Shown: positions 30,998 to 41,437, numbered from the stretch's first letter. The stretch: DNA of 64,000 nucleotides from an uncultured Phycisphaerales bacterium (GCA_963758525.1 CAVWVQ010000003.1:1024001-1088000), one strand, 5' to 3'. Notes: generated by a model from the sequence alone, not told the origin. A program made the numbers and translations.

Positions 30998-33900
30998 TTA
31001 CGCTCCGTCAGATTTTGCAACGTCGCTCACGGCATCATTTTGCCGCATCCGCTCCCTGGCTCTCCTTTTCGCGTCCAGAAGACTGTCGGTATAACCAGCG
31101 CCTCCCTGGGCGCTTTCCCTCCGCTGGACTTGTCTGAAGAAACGGGAGCCGACTGCGACCCACCCACGAGGCTGGTGATGTCTCCCTCGACGCCTTTGCC
31201 GACATTGAACCGCGCCCTGGGATCGGGGAGCTGCGCGACCGGCGTTGCCGCGGGCCCGCGACTGACCGCTTCCGTGCGCCGAGTGACAACATCCCGCCGA
31301 ACGTCCTTCAACGCCGCCAGCGTAGTGATCGCGTCGCCGCGCTGAAGCGTCGTGAAGCTGCGCACCCGTTCCGCCACGGCAAAGCCCATCCGCTTGGTCG
31401 ATTGCCAGTCCCACGCGATGCGCCGCACCGCGACATCCGTCAACACCAGCCCCAGCAGGATCATGATCAGCATGTCCCACAGCGGTGCCGACTGCATCGC
31501 CGGCGCCAGCCCATCGCGCGAGAAGATATCGGCCTGCGCCGCGTCCCACGAACTGATCAGCCGGCCGCCCGTGCGCAAGCGAATCTCTTCGAGCTGCGCG
31601 TCGTTGCTCTGCAGATCGCGCATCTCGGGGGAACTGTCCATCGACACGCCGGACATCAGCATTCCGGTTTTTCCGTCGCTGCTGCGGTACCGCAGGCCGG
31701 CCACATACGTGCCGGATTCGGCCGTCGCGAAGTCCCCTTCATAAATTCCGGGGGCCGTCTGATCGAGTCGGACCGGAATATCTTTCATGTCCGGCCCGAC
31801 AACCGTGCCGCTGATGTTCAGAAAATTCTTCCCGCCTCCCTGGGCATCCACCGCCTGCACGCGAACGTGCCCCTTGCCGCCTTCGATGCGCGTATCCACT
31901 TCAAAATCGGGCGACATCGGAGCGCGCGAAACGCTGCGGATCACCTGCGTCCAGAACTTCGCGTACGAAGGTGAGCTGACCCAGAGCACCCCCACTTTTG
32001 ATGTGCATCGCCCGTAAACACCACCGATTTGCCCAGACCCGCCTGCCAGTGGCCGAGGATTGGGTCGCTCATCTTCCCGGACACGAGCGGGATGTCCACG
32101 CCGGGATCGAACTTTCGGCTCACCAGAACCTGCCCGAACAGCGGCTCAAAAGAACCGATGCCGCGCACCAATTCGTCAGAGGCATCGACCAACCGGACGG
32201 GGATGCCGTTCGTGTTTTCCTGAATCAGACTGCGGCGAACGATCTGCGCTTCCTTGATGAAGATTTGCGGAAGCTGATTGGGGGCCTGGTTGATCGGCCC
32301 ATACGCCCGGCCATGCGTTCCCTTGGCAAGATCGCTCATCGCCTGGGGGACCGTCGGCGAACTGGGATCCTCGGCAAATGCCGTCACCGTCGAGACGCTG
32401 ATCTTGTTGTCCACGCAAGCCTGAATCGTTGCCGGACTGGCGCCGCCCGAATCGCCGTCGCTGATGACGATGACGTGCTTCTGCCGGGCGTTCGATTCGA
32501 TCAGCCCTTTGGCGTTCCCCGGGCCGCCCCCTTTGAGGGTCAGCTCGATCGCCTCGTTGAAGTCGGGGAGATCGCCGTCGTGCATCTTCTTGATGGCATA
32601 CTTGGCGGTTGTCCCGTCCCCTTTTTCGCGGAGCGGCAGCACCCATTCGCACCCGCCGCCCATCGGGTTGTAATCGACGATCCCCACTTCATCCTGCGCG
32701 CTGAGGGCATCGATCGCCTGCAAGGCGCACTGTTCGCCCCAGTACGTCCCCTCGGGAATTTCGCCGGGATCCATCACCAGCACCAGCGCCCCTTTCCCCA
32801 CCATCCGCTCGGCCGGAATATCCATGTTCACCGGCAAAATCTTCTCTACTTCCGACCCCGCCCAGCCGCCGGCGCCAAAGGCGTGCTCTCCGCCGATCAT
32901 GATCAGGCCGCCTCCGAAATCGTGCACGAAATGGCCGAGCATCGCGTCTTGATCAGTCGTCACGCCGCCCGCCCCCCGCGGCACGTTGTCGAGAATTACC
33001 ACGTCGTAGTCCTGCATGTAGAGCAGGTCGGTGGGAATGCGATCCGCGGTGATCTCATGCAGCTCGATCTTTTCGTCCTTCAGGGAATTGGCCAGCGTCT
33101 GATCGAGATTCCCGCCGGCGTCGTGCGAGTTGTTGACGTACAGCACTTGCCCCTTCCCCCGCACCACGGTGAATGCGTCGCCGGTATTGTTTTGAGCCAG
33201 CGTATCGACCTTTCCCTGTCCCGGATCGGGGATGAACTCCGCGCTGAACCGATGAACCCCCCTGCTGTTCAGCGCCGGCACCTGAATCGTTTTGTGATTC
33301 ATCCCCGGCTGCAGCGTCACCGCGACAGGATGGTCCGTCAGCGGAACATTGCCGTCCCCGGTTTCGTGCGTGACCACGATCTTTCCCGTCACCGGCTTGT
33401 CGTTGGTCGATCGAATATAAACATCGAGACTGAACGGCTCGTTCTCCCGCCGCCACGACGGAGCAACGAGCCGCTCGACCATGATCTCGTTGGTGAGATT
33501 GTACTGGAGCGGGAAAACGTCGATGGGAATGTGCATCGACTCGGCAAGCGTGAGAGCCGCGTTGAGGTCGCCGGCGGTCTGGTTCCCGTCCCACATCAGC
33601 AGGATGCGATGCATCGTGTCCGGCGACATGCTTGCCATCGCCAATTGCAGCGCTGACGCAACATTCGTTCCCGAAGAAGAAACCGGCGTCCCCCGTCCGT
33701 CGAGGCTCAGGGTGCGATCGGCAATCGCTTCCACCAACGGAATCCCCCGAAAACCCACGACGCCGATCTTGTCGTCCGGCTTCTTCCGCTCATCCTTGGC
33801 CAGGGCCATGAAGTATTGATCGATCGACCGCTGCAGCGACGGCCCCGGATACTCCTGCACCATCGTCGTCGAGTCGCTCGCGTCGCGCAGGCAATAGACC

Positions 33901-34154
33901 TCGACATTGGTCGCCGCGCTCTGCCAACGCAATCCGCTCAGCAGCGCCACCAGCGTCAACAGCACGGCCAGCCGCACGCCGATCGTCACCCATTTCCGGA
34001 CCCCGGTCATCCCCGTCAACGACCGCAGCCCCAGAAAAAGGACGGGCGTTGCCAGAACCGCAAACGCGATTGCCGCCACCCACCACGAGCAATATTCCAG
34101 ACGGAACGGCAGCGGAACCACGGCAAGCATCAGCGGGAGTTGAGTAGGAGTCAT
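30998..34154 (-). CDS. Membrane-anchored double-VWA + GATase1-like domain protein; two apparent frameshifts
   Basis: DASDS and DPGE MIDAS-like motifs, WDGNQT and ISDGD, GGGLIMIGGEHAFGAGGW, and WQAGLGKSVVFTGDA. Shifts at ~31995 (W...YAKFWTQVIR) and ~31105 (TDSLLDAKRRAR..., stop at 30998). Confidence 0.82.
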
Positions 34155-34253
34155 TCGGCATCCGCCCCGCAGCATCCACCGACAGTTCGAGCACCGCCAC
34201 AACCATCAGTCATCAGCAATAACCCGCATTATAGACCCACCCGCACGCGACGC

Positions 34254-34321
34254 CATCCTCTGCCGAGCATCCTCTGGCGGACATCCCCTGCGAACATCCC
34301 CTGTCGGACATCCTCTGTCGA
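34254..34321. repeat. Five degenerate 13-14-bp tandem repeats (CATCC[TC]CTG....)
   Basis: CATCCTCTGCCGAG, CATCCTCTGGCGGA, CATCCCCTGCGAA, CATCCCCTGTCGGA, CATCCTCTGTCGA. Confidence 0.8.
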
Positions 34322-34369
34322 CAGGGCAACGACAGTTACTACTGCTCCGAAAAGAGATGTGGGAGACCA

Positions 34370-34486
34370 AGAAATGGCCAAGGCCCAATGGCCAACAAAA
34401 TCCCAAATCGCAATGACCAATGGGAGAACCAGCCTTGGGACTTGGACTCTTGGTGCTTTGTTGGCCATTGGGCCTTGGACATTTCT
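34370..34486. repeat. 30-bp inverted repeat element (MITE/REP-like)
   Basis: AGAAATGGCCAAGGCCCAATGGCCAACAAA (34370-34399) versus TTTGTTGGCCATTGGGCCTTGGACATTTCT (34457-34486), one mismatch. Confidence 0.85.
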
Positions 34487-34564
34487 GCTCTGAAAGGAGA
34501 CGCTACCCAATGCCAGACGCGACCCCATTTTCATTCTCTCTGGGCGTGGCGCCCTCATGAAAAC

Positions 34565-34635
34565 TCGGGGAGAGGGCCGGGGTGAGGGTGATTTCGAACG
34601 CCGAGAAACTTTGATAGTCGAAATCACCCCGGAGT
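34565..34635. repeat. Degenerate GGGAGAGGGCCGGGGTGAGGG-type palindromic repeat
   Basis: GGGGAGAGGGCCGGGGTGAGGGTGATTTCGA...TCGAAATCACCC. The right arm is partly deleted. It resembles the element inside wzt. Confidence 0.7.
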
Positions 34636-34799
34636 TGCAGAAGGCATTCACCAGCCCGAGGGACAAAAGAAACGATGTTTTGCGCGGCCCCGTGCTTCTG
34701 ATGGCTCGCCTCGGTGTCTCCGTGCCTCCGTGGTGAACTCTTTTTGGCCTCGGGCATGAAACTCCAAAGCCTCGTCGCATGACGTCTGCAGCACGCTGG

Positions 34800-36383
34800 C
34801 TACTTCGCGGGATCGATCGAACTCTTGGGATTCCAATCATCGGTGCGGAAGGGCGAGCCAGGAAGGCCGTTCTTGTTATAAAGGTTGGCCAGCGGACTCT
34901 GCGCCCACGCGTAGCGTACAGCTGTCGGGCTGGGCACCTGCTCGCTCGAAACCACCACGGTGTTCCCGTCGATGGCTGCCAGCGCCTCGACCCACTTGTG
35001 GTCCGCGCCCGCGATCAGGAAGCCCTGCAACTTCGTGAGGGACGGGGTGATCTTCGCTTTCGGGTCTTTCCATGGCGAACTGCCGATCACAAGTCCCTCG
35101 CCGATGGTGTCCGGCCGAAAGCGGATGCGGATGCGGGCGCCTTCCACCTTCATCGAATCGTAGAGCGGCCCGGAGCAGGCGACGTTTTCTCCATAAGCGA
35201 TGTGCCGCGCCAGCAGCGACAGGCGCAAACCCACGTCCGCCTTGTCGGGCGGGTGAATGAAATAGGGCGTCCCGATGTCGAGGGTTACAGCCATGCCGGT
35301 CTTGGGCAGCGAAAGCGTCCTGAGCTGCGCCTCGCGCACGAGGGGCCAGTTGTCCCTGTAGCGCTGCGCAAGGTTCGCGAGCTGGACGTAGAGGAACGGG
35401 AAATCACCCTCCTTCCAACGCGTTCGCCAGCCGGTGATCATCGCCGGAAACAGTCTGGCGTATTCCAGGGCCGACGCGGGCGCGGCGTTGTCCTCCCCCT
35501 GGTACCAGATCACCCCCTTGATCGCGAAGGGGATGATGGGGTTGATCATCGCGTTGAAAAGGCTGCTGGGGATCGTGGGTCCGTAGCCTCTTCTCAGCAG
35601 CGAGCCGCCCGGCTTTTCCCCGGGCTTTGATTGCGCCGCCACCTGCGCGGCGAAATCCCTGTCGCCGCCGGGATATTTCGCCGCGACCTTCTGCTGCTCC
35701 TCCACATAGTGATGGAAATCCGGGTCGGACTGCAGGGTGGCCGGATCCGTCCAGACCTGCGCGGCGGTCCCACCCCACGCAGCCTCGATCAGCCCCACGG
35801 GCCGCTTGAGCACGGCACGCAGGTGCTTGCCAAAGTAATAGCCCACGGCGCTGAACTTGCCGACCGTCTCTGGCGTGCAAACTTCCCAGATGTCCGCCGC
35901 TGGCGTCGTCGGCGAGATGTCGTCGCGCGGAGCCAGCGCAAAATTCGGCGGCACCATGCAGAGGCGAAGCTGATTGTCGTTTGCCTGCGCCGCCGCCGCT
36001 GCCGCGTTGTCCGTCTTGGTGAGCGGCAGTTCCATGTTCGACTGACCGGAACAGAGCCAGACCTCACCCACGAGCACGTCGCTGAGGGTGATCGTGTTGC
36101 TCGCGGCAACCGTCAACGTCCCGGCGGCCGTTCCCGCCGGCAGCGCGGGAAGATCGATCCGCCACTTGCCGTCGGACCCAGCGGTTGTCTCCGCCCTCTC
36201 GTTGCGGAAAGTGACGATTACTTTTTCCTGCGGATTGGCCCAGCCCCAGACAGGAAGCGTCGCCCCTTGTTGAAGCACCATGTGGTCGCCGAAAATGCCC
36301 GGCAACCGCACGTCGGCATGGACAACCGAGGTTAGCAGAGAAAGAATGATGGGGAAGATAAATCGGCTTGAAAAGAAACACAT
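34800..36383 (-). CDS. Sialate O-acetylesterase (SASA/SGNH), secreted
   Basis: VRLPGIFGDHMVLQ, GEVWLCSGQSNM, GVIWYQGE, IHPPDK and AVRYAW motifs. The exact start is uncertain. Confidence 0.9.
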   Translation of the reverse strand: MCFFSSRFIFPIILSLLTSVVHADVRLPGIFGDHMVLQQGATLPVWGWANPQEKVIVTFRNERAETTAGSDGKWRIDLPALPAGTAAGTLTVAASNTITLSDVLVGEVWLCSGQSNMELPLTKTDNAAAAAAQANDNQLRLCMVPPNFALAPRDDISPTTPAADIWEVCTPETVGKFSAVGYYFGKHLRAVLKRPVGLIEAAWGGTAAQVWTDPATLQSDPDFHHYVEEQQKVAAKYPGGDRDFAAQVAAQSKPGEKPGGSLLRRGYGPTIPSSLFNAMINPIIPFAIKGVIWYQGEDNAAPASALEYARLFPAMITGWRTRWKEGDFPFLYVQLANLAQRYRDNWPLVREAQLRTLSLPKTGMAVTLDIGTPYFIHPPDKADVGLRLSLLARHIAYGENVACSGPLYDSMKVEGARIRIRFRPDTIGEGLVIGSSPWKDPKAKITPSLTKLQGFLIAGADHKWVEALAAIDGNTVVVSSEQVPSPTAVRYAWAQSPLANLYNKNGLPGSPFRTDDWNPKSSIDPAK

Positions 36384-36493
36384 AGATTTAATTTGGGAAG
36401 ACTTCTTAACGACGGCTATTCCCCCGCATAATCTGCGGCGACGGACCATCTTCGCAGCGCGGCTGCTGGTTGGGAAGAGGCGGATTGTCCCGG

Positions 36494-36972
36494 TCACGCC
36501 GCTGAGGTTTGTGCCAACGCGGCGAGGGCGGCGTCAACATCGCGGCGTTGTTTGGGTGAAAGGTGTTCGCCCTCGCGTCGAAGCAGGTCGCGCATGACGG
36601 AGGGGAACTCGCAGGCGCGGAGCAACTGATCGTAGGCTTTGTCCTGAAGGCTGCCGCCTTCGTAACGGGCTAGCGTGGCGGGGCTGGTGCCAAGCAGGGT
36701 AGCGAATCCATCCTGGCTAAGAGCATACTTTTCGCGAATAGCGCGGATTTGCTGCGGCGAAAGAAGCCCATGACGTTGGCGGTATTCGGCATAGAGCCTG
36801 ACCGTCGGATCGCCGAAGCCTTCCTCGATCACCGATTCACCGCAATTCAGGCAGATCAGGCGGGGGACATCCAGGGCAATTTTTTCTCCTCGGACTTCGT
36901 ACTCTTCGCGCACCGTTTGGCGCGAGCCTCACGATCTACTTCACATATCGGGCAATAAATTGTTCTGCTCAT
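36494..36972 (-). CDS. mqsA: MqsA-type antitoxin (Zn ribbon + HTH); apparent frameshift near 36920
   Basis: MSRTIYCPIC (ATG overlapping the toxin stop), then CLNCGE...IRAIREKYALSQDGFATLLGTSPATLARYEGG in another frame. Confidence 0.82.
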
Positions 36973-37291
36973 GATCCACCACCTTTCAGTGGATAAGCCA
37001 GGGGGTGCTCGGCGGGGTGAAAGCTGCGCACAACCGGTCGAGAAAATGGCCTTTTCGGATCGAGGCGGAGCTTGACGTACACGTCGATGCCGCTTTCAAC
37101 ACAGCCAAAAATCCAGACCTCCTTGCCGTCCTCATCCCTGTCCATTTCAGGGCCCAGGCAAAAATCTCCCGGGCGCAGCGAGCAAATACGCTCAATGGCC
37201 TGGGCTTGAGTCATATTCAGAGCCACCAAGCCTTGAATGTTCTTTGGCGTTTGTCGGAACTCAACCTTCGATCCGAACTCCACGCAGACAC
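36969..37291 (-). pseudogene. mqsR: MqsR-type toxin, probably 5'-truncated at a RAYT-flank site
   Basis: KNIQGLVALNMT...DFCLGPEMD...VWIFG...VYVKL...SFHPAEHPL. Toxin-like sequence begins immediately after GGGTCACAAGCC, with no RBS or normal start. Confidence 0.7.
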
Positions 37292-38089
37292 GGCTTGTGA
37301 CCCGGGTCACAAGGTCACAAGCCTATTGCCGCCACGGTTTGCCTTCAGCCTTTTCTCGGCGACTTCGATTTCGGCGGTCGGCCGATGGGGCGCAATGAAC
37401 TTTCCGTGCCCAGCGCCCGGGCCGTCCGTTGCGACCAGCGATCATCGCCGTAAGGCCGCCCACGATCAATCGCGCGGCGCAGTGCAGCCAACTCTTCCTC
37501 GGTTTCCGCCCGGTTCAGCAGGGCGGTCCATCTCACGGGTCTTTCCACCGGCCATGCGGTCAGCATCGGAGCGACCGAACAGCTGCGGTCGTCCCTGGCC
37601 CACAGCGAATTCCACCGCCAGTCCTGCGCCTTCGCCACCAGATCGGCCCGCAAGGCATTGCGCTCCACGTACCGGCAGACACTCAGAAAATGACCGTCCT
37701 GCTGAATCGGAAAACTCCGGAACCGGCCCTGGTACAGATGCCCGCGCCCCACGCTGTGGCGATGGGCATGCCAGCGGGCCGCGTGGGTCATGGTCAGCCA
37801 TTGCATAAACCGCGATAACTGGCCGTCGGTTTTGGGCCATAGCACCAAATGGAAATGATTGGGCATGAGGCAATACGCGCAGAGCCGCATTCCCCGGTGT
37901 ACATCCAGCGCCTCGACCAGCACCTTCTCGAACGCCTGGTAGTCCCCGGCATCCTCGAACAGCTTGAGCTTTCCTGGCGCGCGGTTCATCACATGATACG
38001 CCAGGCCGCCAGGGGAGAAGCGAGGTTTGCGAGCCATCAACCCAGTGTATCAGCCCATCAATCGCAAGGAAAGGCTTATGACCCCCTTT
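37292..38089 (-). mobile_element. RAYT-like unit: HUH transposase bounded by inverted short sites GGCTT[AG]TGACC
   Basis: AAAGGCTTATGACCCCCTTT at 38070-38089 and GGCTTGTGACC-CG-GGTCACAA-GGTCACAAGCCTAT at 37292-37326 flank the gene, with opposite orientations. Confidence 0.7.
37345..38037 (-). CDS. REP-associated tyrosine transposase-like (RAYT/TnpA-REP, Y1 HUH) protein
   Basis: YHVMNR, AYCLMPNHFHLVL (HUH), GHLYQGRFRS, RYVERNALRA (catalytic Tyr), WRWNS and a C-terminal RPIGRP. Confidence 0.92.
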   Translation of the reverse strand: MARKPRFSPGGLAYHVMNRAPGKLKLFEDAGDYQAFEKVLVEALDVHRGMRLCAYCLMPNHFHLVLWPKTDGQLSRFMQWLTMTHAARWHAHRHSVGRGHLYQGRFRSFPIQQDGHFLSVCRYVERNALRADLVAKAQDWRWNSLWARDDRSCSVAPMLTAWPVERPVRWTALLNRAETEEELAALRRAIDRGRPYGDDRWSQRTARALGTESSLRPIGRPPKSKSPRKG

Positions 38090-38688
38090 CTTCACTCGCG
38101 GCGACGTTTCCCGCCGCGGATTACTCGGCCGACACTGTCGGCGCAATCCGCAAATCACTGAAGGCAGCGATGGTAAGCGAGGGCTTGTTTTCCGATGAGG
38201 CGGACGCGCTGCTGAACACATGGGAAACCTCTTACTTTCGACGTCCCGGACTGCGACTGTTCTTTCTGTGCCCCGACGACTGGACGAACCGCGTGTTGCC
38301 TTTGCATCTGTCGGTTGATGCCGATATCAAGCGCGTCATGATCGGGCGAATCGAGATTGTGACGCCCGAGCAGCGCCAACTGCTCTCCCGCATCGCCACG
38401 GGACCGGCCTCCAATGCCGGCCAATGGAACTGGGTCTCCGATGCTCTGAAGCAGGCGGGCGGCGGGCGCGACGACTATTACCGTGAGGACTGGTACCTGG
38501 GCGCGATAGACGGACGCACCAGCTTGCAGAGTCTGCACGTCCAGATGCCCGATGACTATCGCGAGTACCTGCAACTCGGCCGCTTCCGCAATACGCTGAT
38601 CCTGGACGAAGCCCATCGCCGCCCAACTACCGCGTTAACGGCTTTCATCGATAATTACTCGCTTGAGGCAACCGGGGGGAAGCGGTGA
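38090..38688 (+). pseudogene. 3' fragment of a conserved hypothetical gene (GLFxDEAxALLNTW...RVMIGRIE type)
   Basis: Protein-like sequence starts directly after the site at 38089 with no start codon or RBS. The upstream part of track ORF 37849 is RAYT antisense. Confidence 0.65.
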
Positions 38689-38750
38689 TCCATCGAGCCT
38701 GTCTATTTCCGGGAGAGCCATGCTCCGAATCTGTTTGGTGGGAAGAACTA

Positions 38751-39097
38751 GGTGACGCGAGTCTTAATATCGCGCATGCCACGTCAGTTTTGCCCTTTCA
38801 GCTTGCTTTTTGGCTTCCGCCATCCCGGCGGACGGCCGCGGGGGCGGAGGCTCTGCTGCAAGTGTAGCTTCTGGGCCGTCCGCTGCACCCATGGCGGGCT
38901 TCCAAAGGGACGGGAACGCTCGATGCTGAGCGTCACCGCCTTCTCCTCTGCCGCCGTCTGCGGCTGGTTCACCAGTTCCAGCCAACCGCAGGGCCGATCG
39001 ATCGGCCAATCCGAAAGCAGGGACGCCAGCGCGTGGCCGCGATGCTGCCGGGCAAAACAGCTTCCCCATCGCCACTCCTCGGCCCGCTCCACCAGGC
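38751..39097 (-). pseudogene. 3' remnant of a second RAYT-like transposase with its downstream site
   Basis: LVERAEEWRWGS...DWPIDRP...RPFG...WVQRTA...SLRPRGRP aligns with the C-terminus of the intact RAYT. It is followed on the minus strand by ATATTAAGACTCGCGTCACC. Confidence 0.85.
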
Positions 39098-39147
39098 TCT
39101 GTCTGAAAACCCTAAGTCCTCACGACGCCTCAGAATGGCTTTGGCCG

Positions 39148-39582
39148 CTAGGAGTTCATCGCCTGCTGTGCTGTGTCGACCCTAGACATTCGTCCCACCC
39201 AAGCGTTGCGCAGTATTTCATCGCTTCTTTTCTCCGCTGTCGGCCATTCCATCTCCAACTGTCCGAGAAGTGCAAGGACAACGACAAGAAATCGCTTTAT
39301 GCCGGGAGAACCACGATTCATCTCCCGGGTAAGGCGCTGAAGCGACTGGTCGAGGCTTGAAGTATCATTGATGTACGGCAAGAAAAACTCGTACGTGGCA
39401 ACCTTGAGTGCAGCAGCGAGCTTGTCGATGGCATCGAACGATGGGACTTTCTGCCCCCGCTCAATTTCCGCAATGTGCTTGTAGCCAACCGAAGCCGCTC
39501 TGCCCAACTGCTCCAAGGTCAACCCCCGGCTCTTGCGAAGCAGTCGTAATCTCCGGCCGAACGTAATTTTGGCGGTTTCCAT
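39148..39582 (-). CDS. XRE/Cro-C1 HTH transcriptional regulator
   Basis: FGRRLRLLRKSRGLTLEQLG...IAEIERGQKVPSFDAIDKLAAAL. Confidence 0.88.
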   Translation of the reverse strand: METAKITFGRRLRLLRKSRGLTLEQLGRAASVGYKHIAEIERGQKVPSFDAIDKLAAALKVATYEFFLPYINDTSSLDQSLQRLTREMNRGSPGIKRFLVVVLALLGQLEMEWPTAEKRSDEILRNAWVGRMSRVDTAQQAMNS

Positions 39583-39922
39583 CAGTGAAGCGCCGATGGT
39601 ACGGAGCACCGCAATTTGAATAACTATCCAACGGATGCCATTTGTATTGATTTTTCTATCCAATGGACGTAACTTACCCGCGCTCTATCGCTGCCGGGGC
39701 AGCATCGCCACTGGCGGCGCGTATTTCCGTTCAACTGCCCTCAAAGGGACGGGGGCGTGGCGGTAGGGTTGAAGCTCAAGTCAATTCGCTGATCTTAGCA
39801 AATTCTGATACGCCAGCGGGGAGGATTTTGAGTAGTTGCTCACTGCGGCGGATGAACGGAGCCGGAAATGCAATCGGAGTGACGAACTTCGGTGGCTAGC
39901 GGAGACAAAGGAGGAGCCCAGT

Positions 39923-41437
39923 ATGAAATGGTTCAAATCGGCGTTCACGTTGACTTTCGCCGGGATCGTATTCGCATCTGGCTGCAGCAAACGCGAGAGC
40001 TCGCAACAGCCAGCGGCGGCAGCGGCAACTGGAGCCGCGGCACCCCAAACACAACCGAAGGAAGCGACCGGCGAAACAGCACAGGCGCCAGTGGTTCCCG
40101 CGCGGGATGTGCCTCGCGAAGCGGAAGTGCGGTTAGTCAAAGCGCTGCAAGAGGATGATTTCGAGGCTATCTACAAGAACGATTCGCGCGCTCAATCGCA
40201 CGAAAAGGAAGTTCGTGCCAACCAACCGGTCTTCGCACAAGAGAAGCTGCTTGCTGACTCGCATGACGCGGCGAAGCGAGAATTTCGGTCTGAACCGCTG
40301 GGGCAATTCGCCGCGCCCTACGTTGAATTGGCAAACCTGCTTGAGTTCATGCCCTCGGTCGAGTTCGTTGAGGAGAAGGCGCGCGAGGACGTTACCGACG
40401 TGTACGTCCGGTTCAAGTTCCGCTCACCGGACTCGGGTCCGCTGATCAGGACGCGCGACGGCGATGTCCAATTTGCAGTGGTCCGGGAGGAGGTGGGCAA
40501 GCTGTCGTTCAATCAAGATGGGGCTTTCGTAGGATATGAACCGGTCCTCGAGTTCCGCCAGCTATTTCCCGTGGTGCCCCATATCCTATGTATCTATTAT
40601 GACTATCCGTTCCACATGGGTGCCCCTCCGAAAAACGAGTACGACTGCTTCATTCTTGCTTCCGCAACGCCGTCGAAATGGGGAGCCAGCCGACTGAACG
40701 GCGAGCAACTGGCAACCCCGTCGAATACCCATTTTATTGCCACTTCGCCCGGCGAATACATCGTCTCGGCTACTTTCACGAACGCCGCCGGGGTCAATAA
40801 CACTGAGTACGTGTCATTCAAGTTGAGTGACGACAGCCAGCATCTCACTTCGCATTTCGTGCGCCAGTTTTGCCATTCCCGGTGGAAGCAAGCGTCGATT
40901 AAAGCCCTTGGGATGGCGCTCTTCGATCGATTCCCTATGAGTGACGACCCAGTCGCTGTGGTGGACCCCCACGGCAATCCAAGGTACATCTCCCCACAGC
41001 CGGACGCACCACCAACGCTAAGCGAGGATGAAGCGCGCGCGAAAAGCGCCAAAAATCTTACGCGGATAGGACTTGTAGCGCAGATGTATTCAAACTCGAA
41101 AGGCAGGCTCCCTAACAACTTTGCGGAACTCGTTCCGGAAGATGATGGAGCCTCCGTTACAACGTTTCTCAATCCACGGCTGCGCACCACAGGCCCGACT
41201 GCGGACGCTATGAGCGATCAGGAAAGAGGGGAATGGGCCGACGCACATGGCGATTACGTGTGGGTTGGTGGGGGAAGGACGGATTTCGGAACCGCCGCCA
41301 CTCTGTTGGCATACGAAAAACCCGAAGGACTGAAGGACGGCATTAACATGCTTTACGGCGACGGACATGTGACATTTCAGGATATGCAGACGGCCAGACA
41401 ACAGATCGAAGCCGCGCACCAGAAAGTGTCGAACTGA
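39923..41437 (+). CDS. Lipoprotein with C-terminal DUF1559-like/H-X9-DG-type module
   Basis: GGAGG RBS, lipobox FASG-C, and a C-terminal SAKNLTRIGLVAQMY...LP...YEKP...INMLYGDGHV module. Confidence 0.8.
   Translation: MKWFKSAFTLTFAGIVFASGCSKRESSQQPAAAAATGAAAPQTQPKEATGETAQAPVVPARDVPREAEVRLVKALQEDDFEAIYKNDSRAQSHEKEVRANQPVFAQEKLLADSHDAAKREFRSEPLGQFAAPYVELANLLEFMPSVEFVEEKAREDVTDVYVRFKFRSPDSGPLIRTRDGDVQFAVVREEVGKLSFNQDGAFVGYEPVLEFRQLFPVVPHILCIYYDYPFHMGAPPKNEYDCFILASATPSKWGASRLNGEQLATPSNTHFIATSPGEYIVSATFTNAAGVNNTEYVSFKLSDDSQHLTSHFVRQFCHSRWKQASIKALGMALFDRFPMSDDPVAVVDPHGNPRYISPQPDAPPTLSEDEARAKSAKNLTRIGLVAQMYSNSKGRLPNNFAELVPEDDGASVTTFLNPRLRTTGPTADAMSDQERGEWADAHGDYVWVGGGRTDFGTAATLLAYEKPEGLKDGINMLYGDGHVTFQDMQTARQQIEAAHQKVSN

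Noticed and set aside
37849..38089. N-terminal part of track ORF 37849..38688
   Set aside because: It overlaps the RAYT gene in antisense. Protein-like sequence starts only after the site at 38089.
39095..39113. GGCTCTGTCTGAAAA at the left edge of the XRE block as an IS6/IS5/IS1182-type end
   Set aside because: It marks the RAYT-remnant breakpoint, but I found no partner inverted repeat or transposase, so support is too weak.
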